Origin: Gemmatimonadaceae bacterium
GTDB taxonomy: Bacteria > Gemmatimonadota > Gemmatimonadetes > Gemmatimonadales > Gemmatimonadaceae
Direction of reading: 5' to 3'
Assembly: GCA_044224875.1 (NCBI GenBank)
Contig: JBGAJQ010000081.1
Coordinates: 1-21,244 of the forward strand
DNA: 21,244 nucleotides
Numbering within the stretch: position 1 is the first letter of the stretch; every line of letters starts with the position of its first letter. The position numbers and the translations under genes are program-made. This document shows positions 8,854 to 18,524 of this stretch, in pieces. A model generated the notes under the pieces. That model had not been told where the DNA came from. It saw only the letters and a program-made list of their open reading frames with translations, and did not search any database.

Positions 8854-10473
8854 ATGCCCCGGTCGCTGATTGCGACCGGGGTTCTTTGTGCCGTGACGGT
8901 AGCGTGCAGCGGTGAGGAAGTCACCAAGCCCGCGGGAGGTGGCAATCCCCCACCCGAACGCCCATCGCTGGCGCAGACCTACCGCCCCTCCGGACACATG
9001 GCGTCAGGCGATGTGCTGGTGCACCTGTTCGACTGGAAGTGGAACGATATCGCCACGGAGTGCGAGACTGTTCTCGGGCCGGCCGGTTTCAAGGCAGTGC
9101 AGGTGTCCCCACCGCAGGAACACAGTATCGTCCCCAGTCACGACTGGAGCGAACGTTACCAACCCGTCAGCTACAGCGTTGAACGAAGCCGATCGGGGAC
9201 GGGGCCAGAGTTCCGCACCATGATCGCGCGCTGCAAGGCAGTGGGCGTCGATATCATCGTCGACGCCGTCATCAACCACATGACGAACTTTCCCAGCCCG
9301 GGCGTGGGAAGCAACGGCACGGCCTACACCAAGTACAACTACCCCGGGCTCTACTCGGCCACCGACTTCCACCCCGCGTGCGCCATCTCGAATTACCAGG
9401 ATGCCGCGAACGTTCAGGACTGCGAACTGTTTTCGCTTCCAGACCTGAACACGAGCCTGGAGTCCGTGCGTCAGAAGATTGCCGGCTACCTGATTTCGCT
9501 GGCACGCATGGGCGTGGCGGGTTTCCGCATCGACGCCGCCAAGCACATCCAGCAAGTGGATCTGGACAACATCATCCGGATCGCAACGGAGACGTTGGTT
9601 GGGGAAGGCAAGCCGATCCCGTACTTCTTTCTCGAGGTTGTTGGTGGAGCTGGCGAGGCACTGTCGCCACGAGATTACTTCGGCGAGGGATACAGCTCAG
9701 GTGGCGCCTCGGACATCACGGAGTTCACCTTCACCGGCGTCGGCAACAAGTTTCGCGGGGTTGGTGGTGAGCACATCTCCCAGCTCAACCCGAATGGCAC
9801 GCCGGGAAATCGATTCTCCGATGTGGCATGGGGACTCATGCCGTCCGACAAGGCGGTGGTGTTCTTGCAGAACCACGATACCCAGCACGATTGCGGCATC
9901 GGCTATCGAAATGGCGATACCTTCCGTCTGGCCAACGTCTGGATGCTCGCGCAACCCTACGGCTATCCCTCGATCCTCTCCAGCTTCGCGTTCGACTGTC
10001 CCACGGGCAATTCGCAGGGGCCGCCGTCCGACGCTGAGGGCAACACCAAGGACCTCATCTGCGCCTCGTCACTGGAGACGGCGACAGTTGGGCAATGGGT
10101 GTGCGAGCATCGCGATCCGTCGATCCGCAACATGGTCCGATTCCGACGCGTGGTCGCCGGCACCGATATCACGAATTGGTGGGACAACGGCGCAAACGCC
10201 ATTGCGTTCTCGCGCGGGGACAAGGGATTCGTGGCGATCAACAACGAGGCCAGCACGCTCGCCACGACGGTGACGACGAGTCTTCCCCCCGGGGGTTACT
10301 GCGACCGGATCACGGGCGGTCTCGCTCCAAGTGGGACTGCCTGCGTCGGGACCACAGTGATTGTTGGTGCTGACGGGTCGATCCAGCTCACCCTTCTATC
10401 CCGCGTTGCAGTGGCCATCGACCTCACGACCGCTCACCGCTTCGTGGCCGTCGACGTCACGACCAAGAAATGA
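8854..10473 (+). CDS. Alpha-amylase, GH13 (GH13_32 / animal-actinobacterial type), probable lipoprotein
   Basis: VHLFDWKW, VQVSPPQE, ERYQPVSY, DAVINHM, catalytic GFRIDAAKHI / FLEVV / QNHD, WVCEHR and WWDNGANAIAFSRG. ATG 8854 gives the lipoprotein signal MPRSLIATGVLCAVTVAC; the longest ORF starts at 8782, so the start is uncertain. Confidence 0.9.
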   Translation: MPRSLIATGVLCAVTVACSGEEVTKPAGGGNPPPERPSLAQTYRPSGHMASGDVLVHLFDWKWNDIATECETVLGPAGFKAVQVSPPQEHSIVPSHDWSERYQPVSYSVERSRSGTGPEFRTMIARCKAVGVDIIVDAVINHMTNFPSPGVGSNGTAYTKYNYPGLYSATDFHPACAISNYQDAANVQDCELFSLPDLNTSLESVRQKIAGYLISLARMGVAGFRIDAAKHIQQVDLDNIIRIATETLVGEGKPIPYFFLEVVGGAGEALSPRDYFGEGYSSGGASDITEFTFTGVGNKFRGVGGEHISQLNPNGTPGNRFSDVAWGLMPSDKAVVFLQNHDTQHDCGIGYRNGDTFRLANVWMLAQPYGYPSILSSFAFDCPTGNSQGPPSDAEGNTKDLICASSLETATVGQWVCEHRDPSIRNMVRFRRVVAGTDITNWWDNGANAIAFSRGDKGFVAINNEASTLATTVTTSLPPGGYCDRITGGLAPSGTACVGTTVIVGADGSIQLTLLSRVAVAIDLTTAHRFVAVDVTTKK

Positions 10474-12155
10474 GACATGCGCTATCGATGGTGATTGCAT
10501 GCATGATCATCGCGTGCGGTCGAGCAGCGTCCCCGCCGTCAATCGCGTCCGCGCCACCGTCGTGGACGCACGGCGCTGTCTGCTACGAGGTATTCGTCCG
10601 CTCATTCGTCGACAGCAACGGCGACGGCGTCGGCGATTTGAATGGACTCATCTCCAAACTCGACTACATCAACGACGGGAACCCAGCGACCCGCACGGAT
10701 CTTGGCGCCGCCTGCATCTGGCTCATGCCGATCGCCGAATCGCCGAGCTATCACGGATACGACGTCAGCGACTATTACCGCGTGAAGCCGGAGTACGGCA
10801 CGAACGAGGACTTCAAGCGCCTGATGACCGAGGCGCACCGGCGGGGAATTCACGTGCTCGTGGACATGGTGTTGAACCACGCCTCCAGCGACCACCCGAG
10901 CTTTCAGGCCGCGTTGCGTGACACCACCTCACACTTCAGGAGCTGGTACCGCTTCGCTCACTCGGCGGACGGCAAGGGTCCGTGGGGCCAGGATGTGTGG
11001 CATCGGTCGCCGGTGCGCGACGAGTACTACTACGGCGTCTTCTGGAAGGGGATGCCGGACCTGAACTACGAGTCGCCGGAGGTACGCGAGGAGGCGAAGA
11101 AGGTGGCGACCTACTGGCTTCGCGACATGGGGGTCGACGGGTTTCGGTTGGATGCGGTGCCCTATCTCGTGGAACAGGGGGCATGCCTAACGGGTTGTGA
11201 TGGCACCCACGCGTTTCTTCGCGAGTACGCGGCCCACATTCGCTCGGTGGCTCCCGACGCCTATTCCATTGGCGAGGTGTGGGGGACGGTGGACACGCTG
11301 GTGCACTATTACCCGAACGAGCTGACATCGTATTTCGTCTTTGAGCTGGCGGATTCCCTGGTGGCGGCCGTCAAGCGCGGCACGCCGGGCGGACTCCTCG
11401 CCGCCTACGAGCGACTTCAGCAGCTCCAACCGTCCTATCGCTGGTCGCCCCTGCTCAGCAACCACGATGGCACGCGCAGCATGACCCTGTTTGGCGGCGA
11501 CGAGCGCCGCGCGAAGGTGGCCGCCACCCTGCTACTGACGTTGCCGGGGCTGCCCTTCGTGTACTACGGTGAAGAAATCGGCATGACTGGCGACAAGCCG
11601 GATGAGCGACTGCGCACTCCGATGCAATGGAGTGCCGTCCCAGGTGGAGGGCTCGGATTCACGACCGGAAAGGCCTGGGAGAGCGCCCAACCAGACTCAC
11701 TGCGAGTCACCGTTGCCGGGCAGGACGCCGACTCGGCGTCGTTGTTGAACCTGTACCGTCGGCTTATCCCGTTACGTGCCGCGAACGAGGCGATTGCGGC
11801 CGGTGACCTCACGCCGCTCCGCACGACCGACAGCAGTGTCATCGGGTTTGCACGTCGCGCTGGCCCAGCCACCGTGCTGGTGGTAGCGAACCTTGGATCT
11901 CGACCCGCCAGCAGCGCGATTAGTTCGGCGCCGGGCTTGCTACCGAGTGGAGCCTACGGCATGCAGGAGCTGGTTCACGACGTTGCGGTGGCGTCGCTGA
12001 CAGTGGCAGCTGACGGATCGCTGCAGGGCTATCGACCGGTCGCCAGGGCGTTGACCCCCGGTGAATGCCTGGTGCTGACACTGATGACACCAACAGGCAT
12101 GAACAGTACTGGCCGCGCCCTGCCGGCGGGCCTGAACCCCGACAAACCAAAGTGA
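10470..12155 (+). CDS. GH13 alpha-amylase family enzyme, GH13_36-like, probable lipoprotein
   Basis: YEVFVRSFVDSNGDGVGDLNG, SYHGYD, DMVLNH, CSR-V MPDLN (11052-11066), GFRLDAVPY, IGEVW, SNHD and YYGEEIGM; lipobox-like IIAC; ATGA overlap with the upstream gene. Confidence 0.88.
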   Translation: MRHALSMVIACMIIACGRAASPPSIASAPPSWTHGAVCYEVFVRSFVDSNGDGVGDLNGLISKLDYINDGNPATRTDLGAACIWLMPIAESPSYHGYDVSDYYRVKPEYGTNEDFKRLMTEAHRRGIHVLVDMVLNHASSDHPSFQAALRDTTSHFRSWYRFAHSADGKGPWGQDVWHRSPVRDEYYYGVFWKGMPDLNYESPEVREEAKKVATYWLRDMGVDGFRLDAVPYLVEQGACLTGCDGTHAFLREYAAHIRSVAPDAYSIGEVWGTVDTLVHYYPNELTSYFVFELADSLVAAVKRGTPGGLLAAYERLQQLQPSYRWSPLLSNHDGTRSMTLFGGDERRAKVAATLLLTLPGLPFVYYGEEIGMTGDKPDERLRTPMQWSAVPGGGLGFTTGKAWESAQPDSLRVTVAGQDADSASLLNLYRRLIPLRAANEAIAAGDLTPLRTTDSSVIGFARRAGPATVLVVANLGSRPASSAISSAPGLLPSGAYGMQELVHDVAVASLTVAADGSLQGYRPVARALTPGECLVLTLMTPTGMNSTGRALPAGLNPDKPK

Positions 12156-14722
12156 GCCACGTGACTACCCGTCGTTCCTGTTGGCCAGTTCGAATGCCAG
12201 TGGGGCTTCCTTCGCGTGGGTGGCGGTACACCCCAACATGGAGTGTCCGTCGGGCCCGAGGCTGGAGCGCGGCCCTCCTGCTCGCGGTAGCGCCGCTTCA
12301 ACTCGGTGCCCAACGCGTGCGCTATTCGATGGACCCGGAATGGCGATTCACACTCGGCGATCCAGCCAACGCGCAGCAGCCTGGATTCAATGACCGGTCG
12401 TGGAGGCGGCTGGACTTGCCGCATGATTGGAGTATCGAAGGATCACCGCGTCAGGACGCGCCCGGTGGCGGGCGGGTGGGCTACTTCCCCACGGGGGTGG
12501 GCTGGTATCGGAAGGCGTTCAAGCTGCCGGCGAGCGCCGCGGCTGATCGCCACCGGGCGATCGAGTTCGACGGCATCTATATGAATGGGGAGGTGTGGCT
12601 CAACGGGGTTTCGCTTGGGCGACGTCCCTACGGATACTCGTCTGTCGCTTACGACATCACGGACAAGGTGACACCTGGCGAGAATGTAGTCGCGGTTCGC
12701 GTCGACAACTCCCGGCAACCCAACTCACGTTGGTATACGGGGAGCGGCATCTACCGGCATGTGTGGTTGACGGTGGCGCGTTCGGTACACGTCGGGCACT
12801 GGGGAACGACAGTAACCACTCGCATGCTCGACTCCACGACGGCCTCGGTTGCCGTGCGAACACGTCTGGAGAACACGGGACGACTCGTTCGCCGCGGAGT
12901 GCTTCGGCTGGTGGTCATCGCGCCCGATGGTCAGGAGGTCAACCGCACGACAGCAGACTTTGAACTGCCGGCGGGTGCCAGTCGTGAGATCGAGCAGGAC
13001 ATTGACGTGCCATCGGCACAGCGCTGGTCGGTGGAATCACCCGCCCTCTATTCCGTTCGTACCGAAGTGGTGGACCCGTCGCGCCCAACCATCCTCGTGG
13101 ACACGACGCGCACGTCCTTTGGGATTCGCACCGTCGCGTTCGACAAGGATCGCGGTTTTCTCCTCAACGGTCGACGCGTGAAGCTGAAGGGGGTGAACCT
13201 CCATCATGAGGCAGGAGCGCTTGGAGCTGCCGTTCCGGAGGAGGTCTGGCGCCAGCGACTGGAGACCATGAAGGCGATGGGAGTGAACGCGATTCGCACA
13301 TCGCACAATCCTCCAGCGCCGGAGTTTCTTGACCTCTGCGATCGACTCGGCCTGCTCGTGATGGACGAGGCGTTTGATGAGTGGACCTTTGGAAAGGTCG
13401 ACGAGGGATATCACAAGTACTTCGCCGAGTGGTCGGAGCGGGATGTCGTCGACTTCGTACGACGGGATCGTAACCATCCGTCCGTGGTGCTGTGGAGCGC
13501 CGGCAACGAGATTGGCGAGCAGAGCTCGCCTATCGGGGTGGGCGTGTTGCAGCGATTGCTGGATCTATTCCACCGCGAAGATCCCACGCGTCTCGTGACC
13601 ACGGGGAACGACCAGATTCACGCCGATGGTACGGCGGCGACCACCGCGTTCCTGAATGCGCTGGATGTCGTCGGCTACAACTATGTGGACCGCTGGCACG
13701 AGCGCCGGGAATTGATGGCGGAAGAAGACCGGCACGCGCATCCCGACTGGAAGATGGTGGGGACGGAGAGTGGGTCCATCTTCCAGAGTTTTGACGAGCG
13801 TTACTCACTCGGCGACGATCCACAGGTCGTGGCGCCGAACTATAACACCGCGATGGTGCAGGCCGAGCGCGTGTTGAAGTGGGTCACGACGCACGATTTC
13901 TTCGCCGGCAACTTTATGTGGACCGGTTACGACTACCTGGGAGAGAGCGAGTGGCCGTTCAAGGGCTTTGCGTCGGGGATGGTCGACATCACCGGTCGGC
14001 CGAAGGACGCGTTCTACCTTTACCAAAGCCAATGGACCAGCCAGCCCGTGGCGCACCTGTTCCCACACTGGAACTGGCCGGGCCGTGACGGTCAGGTGAT
14101 TCCCGTCGTCGCCTATTCCAGCTGCAACACCGTCGAGCTGTTCTTGAACGGACGCTCGTTGGGCGAAAAGCGGATGGAGTTCCCGGCGCAGGGGACGTCG
14201 GGCGGGTGGAATAGCTACGCCTTGCCGCAGGTGCGTTCCACCACGAACGACCTGCATGTGACATGGGATGTTCCGTATGTGGCCGGCACGTTGCGCCTTG
14301 TGGGGAAGAACCGGAACGGTGCGGTTGCCTGTGAGGACGCGGTAAGGACGGCCGGGCCAGCCGCGGGCATTCGCCTAACGACTACGCACTCCACAGTCAC
14401 GACGAGTACTGGCGATGTGGCGTTGGTGACCTTTGAGGTCGTGGATACGGCAGGGACCGTCGTACCAACCGCCGAAGACGTCGTGCATTTTGCCGCGACT
14501 GGAGCAACGATTGTCGCAGCGGACAACGCCGACTTGCACGCGCGTGAGCGCGAGATGCCGGGACAGGGGCGAGCGTACAATGGACGTGGTTTGGTGATAC
14601 TGCGGGCGAGTGCACCCGGCACGCTCACGTTGACGGCGAGCGCGCCGGGGTTGGCCGAGGCTTCCCTGAGCATCCAGGTAAAGCCTGGCAATGCACCGCC
14701 GATCATTCGTGCCGTGCGATGA
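12152..14722 (+). CDS. GH2 glycoside hydrolase, probable beta-galactosidase, secreted
   Basis: LDLPHDWSI, GWYRK, NSRWYTGSGIYRHVWL, KGVNLHH, NAIRTSHNPP, RDRNHPSVVLWSAGNE (acid/base) and VGTES (likely nucleophile). Start uncertain: GTG 12152 overlaps the upstream stop (GTGA), with alternatives at 12065 or 12194. Confidence 0.88.
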   Translation: MSHVTTRRSCWPVRMPVGLPSRGWRYTPTWSVRRARGWSAALLLAVAPLQLGAQRVRYSMDPEWRFTLGDPANAQQPGFNDRSWRRLDLPHDWSIEGSPRQDAPGGGRVGYFPTGVGWYRKAFKLPASAAADRHRAIEFDGIYMNGEVWLNGVSLGRRPYGYSSVAYDITDKVTPGENVVAVRVDNSRQPNSRWYTGSGIYRHVWLTVARSVHVGHWGTTVTTRMLDSTTASVAVRTRLENTGRLVRRGVLRLVVIAPDGQEVNRTTADFELPAGASREIEQDIDVPSAQRWSVESPALYSVRTEVVDPSRPTILVDTTRTSFGIRTVAFDKDRGFLLNGRRVKLKGVNLHHEAGALGAAVPEEVWRQRLETMKAMGVNAIRTSHNPPAPEFLDLCDRLGLLVMDEAFDEWTFGKVDEGYHKYFAEWSERDVVDFVRRDRNHPSVVLWSAGNEIGEQSSPIGVGVLQRLLDLFHREDPTRLVTTGNDQIHADGTAATTAFLNALDVVGYNYVDRWHERRELMAEEDRHAHPDWKMVGTESGSIFQSFDERYSLGDDPQVVAPNYNTAMVQAERVLKWVTTHDFFAGNFMWTGYDYLGESEWPFKGFASGMVDITGRPKDAFYLYQSQWTSQPVAHLFPHWNWPGRDGQVIPVVAYSSCNTVELFLNGRSLGEKRMEFPAQGTSGGWNSYALPQVRSTTNDLHVTWDVPYVAGTLRLVGKNRNGAVACEDAVRTAGPAAGIRLTTTHSTVTTSTGDVALVTFEVVDTAGTVVPTAEDVVHFAATGATIVAADNADLHAREREMPGQGRAYNGRGLVILRASAPGTLTLTASAPGLAEASLSIQVKPGNAPPIIRAVR

Positions 14723-15867
14723 GCAAATGGTGCGGGTGGGGTGCCGGACTGCTCTTCGTCTGGCACCTGGCGGCCTGCGGCGGGGAGCCCACCGACTCCA
14801 GTCAAGTCGCTCCTCCCGATACGACGTCGTCTGCGCCGGCCGCCGTGACATTCCGAGGTGCCGACGTCTCCGCGCTGGCGCGGATCGAGCAGGCTGGCGC
14901 GTCGTTCCGGAATGGTGCGCAGACCGGCGATGCCGTCGCGCTGTTGCACACAAGTGGCGTGAACCTCTTCCGCCTTCGCCTATTCGTCTCGCCGAATGGG
15001 CAGGACGTGCAGGTCAACGACCTCGAGTACACCGTGAGGTTGGCTATACGCGTGAAGGCGAGTGGCGCGGCGTTCATGTTGGACCTGCATTTCTCCGACA
15101 CCTGGGCCGATCCCGGGCACCAACTGATCCCGGCATCGTGGCCCGCACAGCCGTTTGACTCGTTGGAGCTGCAAGTGGAATCCTACGTTCGCGACGTCAT
15201 GGCTCGGCTGCGTCGCGAGGGTGTGTTGCCGGCGTTTGTCCAGGTTGGCAACGAGGTGGACACGGGGATGCTCTGGCCAATGGGTCATGTTGGAGGTCCC
15301 GATGATGTTCCTGCGCAGTGGGAACGATTCACGCGACTACTCAAGGCTGGTGTTCGCGGGGTTCGAGCGGGATCTGTCGTGGGCGACTCACTGCGCGTGG
15401 TTCTCCACTACTCCCAAGGTGGGGACGCCATCGGTACGCAGTGGTTCTTCGACCATATCGCTGCCGCAGGCGTCGAGTACGACGTGATCGGCTTTAGCTA
15501 TTACCCATGGTGGCACGGATCACTGGCGAATTTGGAGGCCAACCTGCGACAAGCCGAGTCGCGCTTCGGACGAGATCTCATGGTGGTGGAGACGTCTTAT
15601 CCGTGGCGTTCCGGTGGGTGGGAGGGTTTCGCAACGAATCGCGGTCCCATGGTATGGGCCACGACCCCCGCCGGTCAGGGGCAATTCGTGAGGGACCTCC
15701 GCGCCGTCATGGCACGTGTGCCCAATCGGCACGGGATCGGTATCGTATGGTGGTATCCCGAGGCCGTGGTCGTTCCGGGGCTGTTTGTGTGGGGCGGAGG
15801 TTCCGTGGCCTTGTTTGACGACGGCGGCAACATGCTACCGGCAGCCACGTTGTTAGGCACTCACTGA
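14719..15867 (+). CDS. GH53 endo-beta-1,4-galactanase, probable lipoprotein
   Basis: RGADVS, RLRLFVSP, LDLHFSDTWADPGHQ, VQVGNE, DVIGFSYYPWWHG, VVETSYP and WWYPE; lipobox LAAC; ATGA overlap with GH2. Confidence 0.93.
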   Translation: MSKWCGWGAGLLFVWHLAACGGEPTDSSQVAPPDTTSSAPAAVTFRGADVSALARIEQAGASFRNGAQTGDAVALLHTSGVNLFRLRLFVSPNGQDVQVNDLEYTVRLAIRVKASGAAFMLDLHFSDTWADPGHQLIPASWPAQPFDSLELQVESYVRDVMARLRREGVLPAFVQVGNEVDTGMLWPMGHVGGPDDVPAQWERFTRLLKAGVRGVRAGSVVGDSLRVVLHYSQGGDAIGTQWFFDHIAAAGVEYDVIGFSYYPWWHGSLANLEANLRQAESRFGRDLMVVETSYPWRSGGWEGFATNRGPMVWATTPAGQGQFVRDLRAVMARVPNRHGIGIVWWYPEAVVVPGLFVWGGGSVALFDDGGNMLPAATLLGTH

Positions 15868-15875
15868 GGTACGTC

Positions 15876-18524
15876 ATGAACTGGGCGCGCGCGAGTCGTT
15901 GGTACGCGATGTGTGGTTTGCTGGGTCTTGCCGGTGCGCGAATGGAGTCGCAATCCGTGCCACGGCCTTCCAACACCTTGGCGACACGGCAGGTCTATCT
16001 CGATAGCCTGGGCGTGATTCGCTGGAGCGACGACCGCAGCGAGGTGGCGCTGTACGGTGCGAACTACGTGTTGCCGACGGCGTCCGACTATCGCGCTGCC
16101 GGATACGTGGGCGGCAATCGCAAGCAGATGATCGACCAAGACATGGCGCACTTCGCGCGCATGGGGTGGGATGGCCTGCGCCTGACCTTTTGGGGAGACT
16201 GGGAGGCATCTGACAGCGTCGGCAACCTCATCGCCAACGAGCACCTGGACCTCCAGGACTATCTCATTGCCCGGGCGCGCGAGCGTGGCATCTACATGCT
16301 CTTCAGCCCAATCCAGCTTTACGGAAGCAACTGGCCCGATGCGTTAGGCGACGAATCGGCGCCGGGTTTTGGGCGCCACTTCGGCAAAGGGCGGATGGGT
16401 ACGGACCCGGCGGCCATCGCCGCGCAAGTGAATTACCTGCGGCAGATCCTGAACCACGTGAACCCGTATACGGGTGTTGCGCTCAAGGACGAGCCATCGA
16501 TCTTGTTCATTGAGCTGGTGAACGAACCCTGGCACCACCCCGAAGACGAGAAGGGCTCCATCGCCTACTTCAACGCCCTCACCGATGCCGTACGGAGTAC
16601 CGGCTGCAACAAGCTGATCTTCTACAACGTCAGCCAGGATTTTCGCATCGGCGAGGCGATCCGGAAGTCGCGCGTGCAGGGTGTGACGTTTGGCTGGTAT
16701 CCCACGGGACTCAACAGCGGTCATGAGCTGCGCGGCAACTACCTGCGCGGCACCGATGCGTATCCCGACATGCTGCGATCGGAGCTGGCCGGAATGCCAC
16801 GCATCGTCTACGAGTTCGACAGTGCCGACCAACGAACGGGCACGATGTATCCCGCCATGGCACGCGCCTTTCGTGAAGTGGGTACTCAGTTCGCCGCGAT
16901 GTTCTCCTACGACATGCTCGGCACGGCCTCGCGCAACCTCGGCTGGCAGACACACTACCTGAACCTGGTGTACACGCCGCGGAAGGCCATGAGCGCCGTC
17001 ATCGCGGGAGAAGCCATGCACCGCTTGCCACGCTTCCAGTCGTATGGCGCGTACCCTGAGAACACGCGCTTCGGCGATTTTCATGTCTCGGCCGACTCGA
17101 ACCTTGGCGAACTCGTTGCGGCTGACGTGTACATGAACGCCGGCGCCACGTCGAGTGTGCCGCCGAATCCCGCGGCCTTGCGTCGCGTCGCCGGGTATGG
17201 TCCCTCCCCTGTTGTGAGCTACAACGGCGAGGGCTCCTACTTTTTGGACAAGGTGCGTGAAGGCCTCTGGCGACTCGAGATATACCCGGACGCCGTGCCG
17301 GTGAGGGATCCCTTCGAGGCGCCAAATAAGGACAAGGTCGTCACGCGATTGATCCGGCGGCGTTGGCCCATGACCGTCACCCTTCCCGACCTCGGCGCGC
17401 AGTTCACCGTGCAGCCTGTCGATGGCAGCGGCGACGGCGTGACGGCCGTGCGTGGACGTTTCGAGGTAGTGCCTGGCGTTTACGTCCTCAGCGCACACGG
17501 CCGGGTGGACCCTGGCACGCTTCCCGCCACGCTGGGACCACTCAGCTTCTCCGAGTTTCATGCCCCACCCGACGAGGTGCTGCCGTTGTCGGTTGCATCG
17601 CTGGCGCTACCGGAATACGTGTTGGGATCCGAGCTGCGGCTCGCCGCACGTCTCGTTGGTGCAGCTGAACCGGACTCCGTTCGTCTTTTCCTGCGACCAA
17701 CGGCGGGTGGTTACTATCGAACGTATGCGATGCAGCAGACCGCGCCGTATCGCTACGAGGCACTGGTCCCGGCTGCGACGACCCGTGACACACTGCACGC
17801 CGGTCCGTTCGAGTTTGTCATCACGGCGTACAGCAACGGTGTGGCAACGACGTTTCCCGACGACGTGCGAGGCCGGCCGGATGACTGGGACTACCTCGGT
17901 CGCCGCTCCTGGCCCGTGACCTTCGTGAACGCGTCGACGCCGGTCTCTGTTTTCGCTCCGGCACGCGACGCCGGCATGATGACGTTCACGCGCATTGGAG
18001 ACGCGGGCCGGCGCGGCCTCTTTCGGCTCGACCAGTCGTCAGTGACTGGGCTTACGGTGTTCCATTTCGAGCTGCCGGTGGACCAGAAGGGTTGGAGTCC
18101 TCCCGATTACGCTGCGTCGCTCGTTGTTGCGGATCGCGTCGCCGGGCGTGGTCCGACGATCAAGGCGTTCAACACCTTGCAGTTGAGGCTTCGCGGACTG
18201 AGCGCACGTCAAACCGTGCACGTGGGACTGATGGAAGATGATGGCACCACCTGGACCACATCCATCACCGTGGATGACACGTGGGCTGAACGTGCGGTAA
18301 CGTTGTCCTCTCTCGTTGCGGGCCGAGGTGTCTTGCTGCCCCAAGGGTTCCCTGGAGAATGGAACTATTGGGTGGGGCCAGCCAGGGGACGCGGCGGGCC
18401 GGGAGATCATCTCCGACTCGAGCACTTGGAACGTTTGCAGCTGTCGGTGCGTCCGGGCAAGACCGTGCGCGGCGGACCGACTGGGGTCGAGGTCGAGTCG
18501 GTCACGCTGCGAATCGCGCGCTAG
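15876..18524 (+). CDS. Clan GH-A TIM-barrel glycoside hydrolase, likely GH147-like beta-galactosidase, with C-terminal beta-sandwich domains
   Basis: LYGANY, IDQDMAHFARMG, GNLIANEHLDLQDYLI, HVNPYTG, ELVNEP (acid/base), VYEFDS (likely nucleophile) and WQTHYLNLVYTP. Size and motifs resemble the Bacteroides galactan-PUL GH147 enzymes as I recall them. Hydrolase fold is fairly secure; the family is less so. Confidence 0.65.
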   Translation: MNWARASRWYAMCGLLGLAGARMESQSVPRPSNTLATRQVYLDSLGVIRWSDDRSEVALYGANYVLPTASDYRAAGYVGGNRKQMIDQDMAHFARMGWDGLRLTFWGDWEASDSVGNLIANEHLDLQDYLIARARERGIYMLFSPIQLYGSNWPDALGDESAPGFGRHFGKGRMGTDPAAIAAQVNYLRQILNHVNPYTGVALKDEPSILFIELVNEPWHHPEDEKGSIAYFNALTDAVRSTGCNKLIFYNVSQDFRIGEAIRKSRVQGVTFGWYPTGLNSGHELRGNYLRGTDAYPDMLRSELAGMPRIVYEFDSADQRTGTMYPAMARAFREVGTQFAAMFSYDMLGTASRNLGWQTHYLNLVYTPRKAMSAVIAGEAMHRLPRFQSYGAYPENTRFGDFHVSADSNLGELVAADVYMNAGATSSVPPNPAALRRVAGYGPSPVVSYNGEGSYFLDKVREGLWRLEIYPDAVPVRDPFEAPNKDKVVTRLIRRRWPMTVTLPDLGAQFTVQPVDGSGDGVTAVRGRFEVVPGVYVLSAHGRVDPGTLPATLGPLSFSEFHAPPDEVLPLSVASLALPEYVLGSELRLAARLVGAAEPDSVRLFLRPTAGGYYRTYAMQQTAPYRYEALVPAATTRDTLHAGPFEFVITAYSNGVATTFPDDVRGRPDDWDYLGRRSWPVTFVNASTPVSVFAPARDAGMMTFTRIGDAGRRGLFRLDQSSVTGLTVFHFELPVDQKGWSPPDYAASLVVADRVAGRGPTIKAFNTLQLRLRGLSARQTVHVGLMEDDGTTWTTSITVDDTWAERAVTLSSLVAGRGVLLPQGFPGEWNYWVGPARGRGGPGDHLRLEHLERLQLSVRPGKTVRGGPTGVEVESVTLRIAR

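Noticed and set aside
7161..17561. Long antisense ORFs (7161-8135, 14215-14949, 16344-17561 and others)
   Set aside because: Shadow frames of well-supported GC-rich genes, with no motifs of their own.
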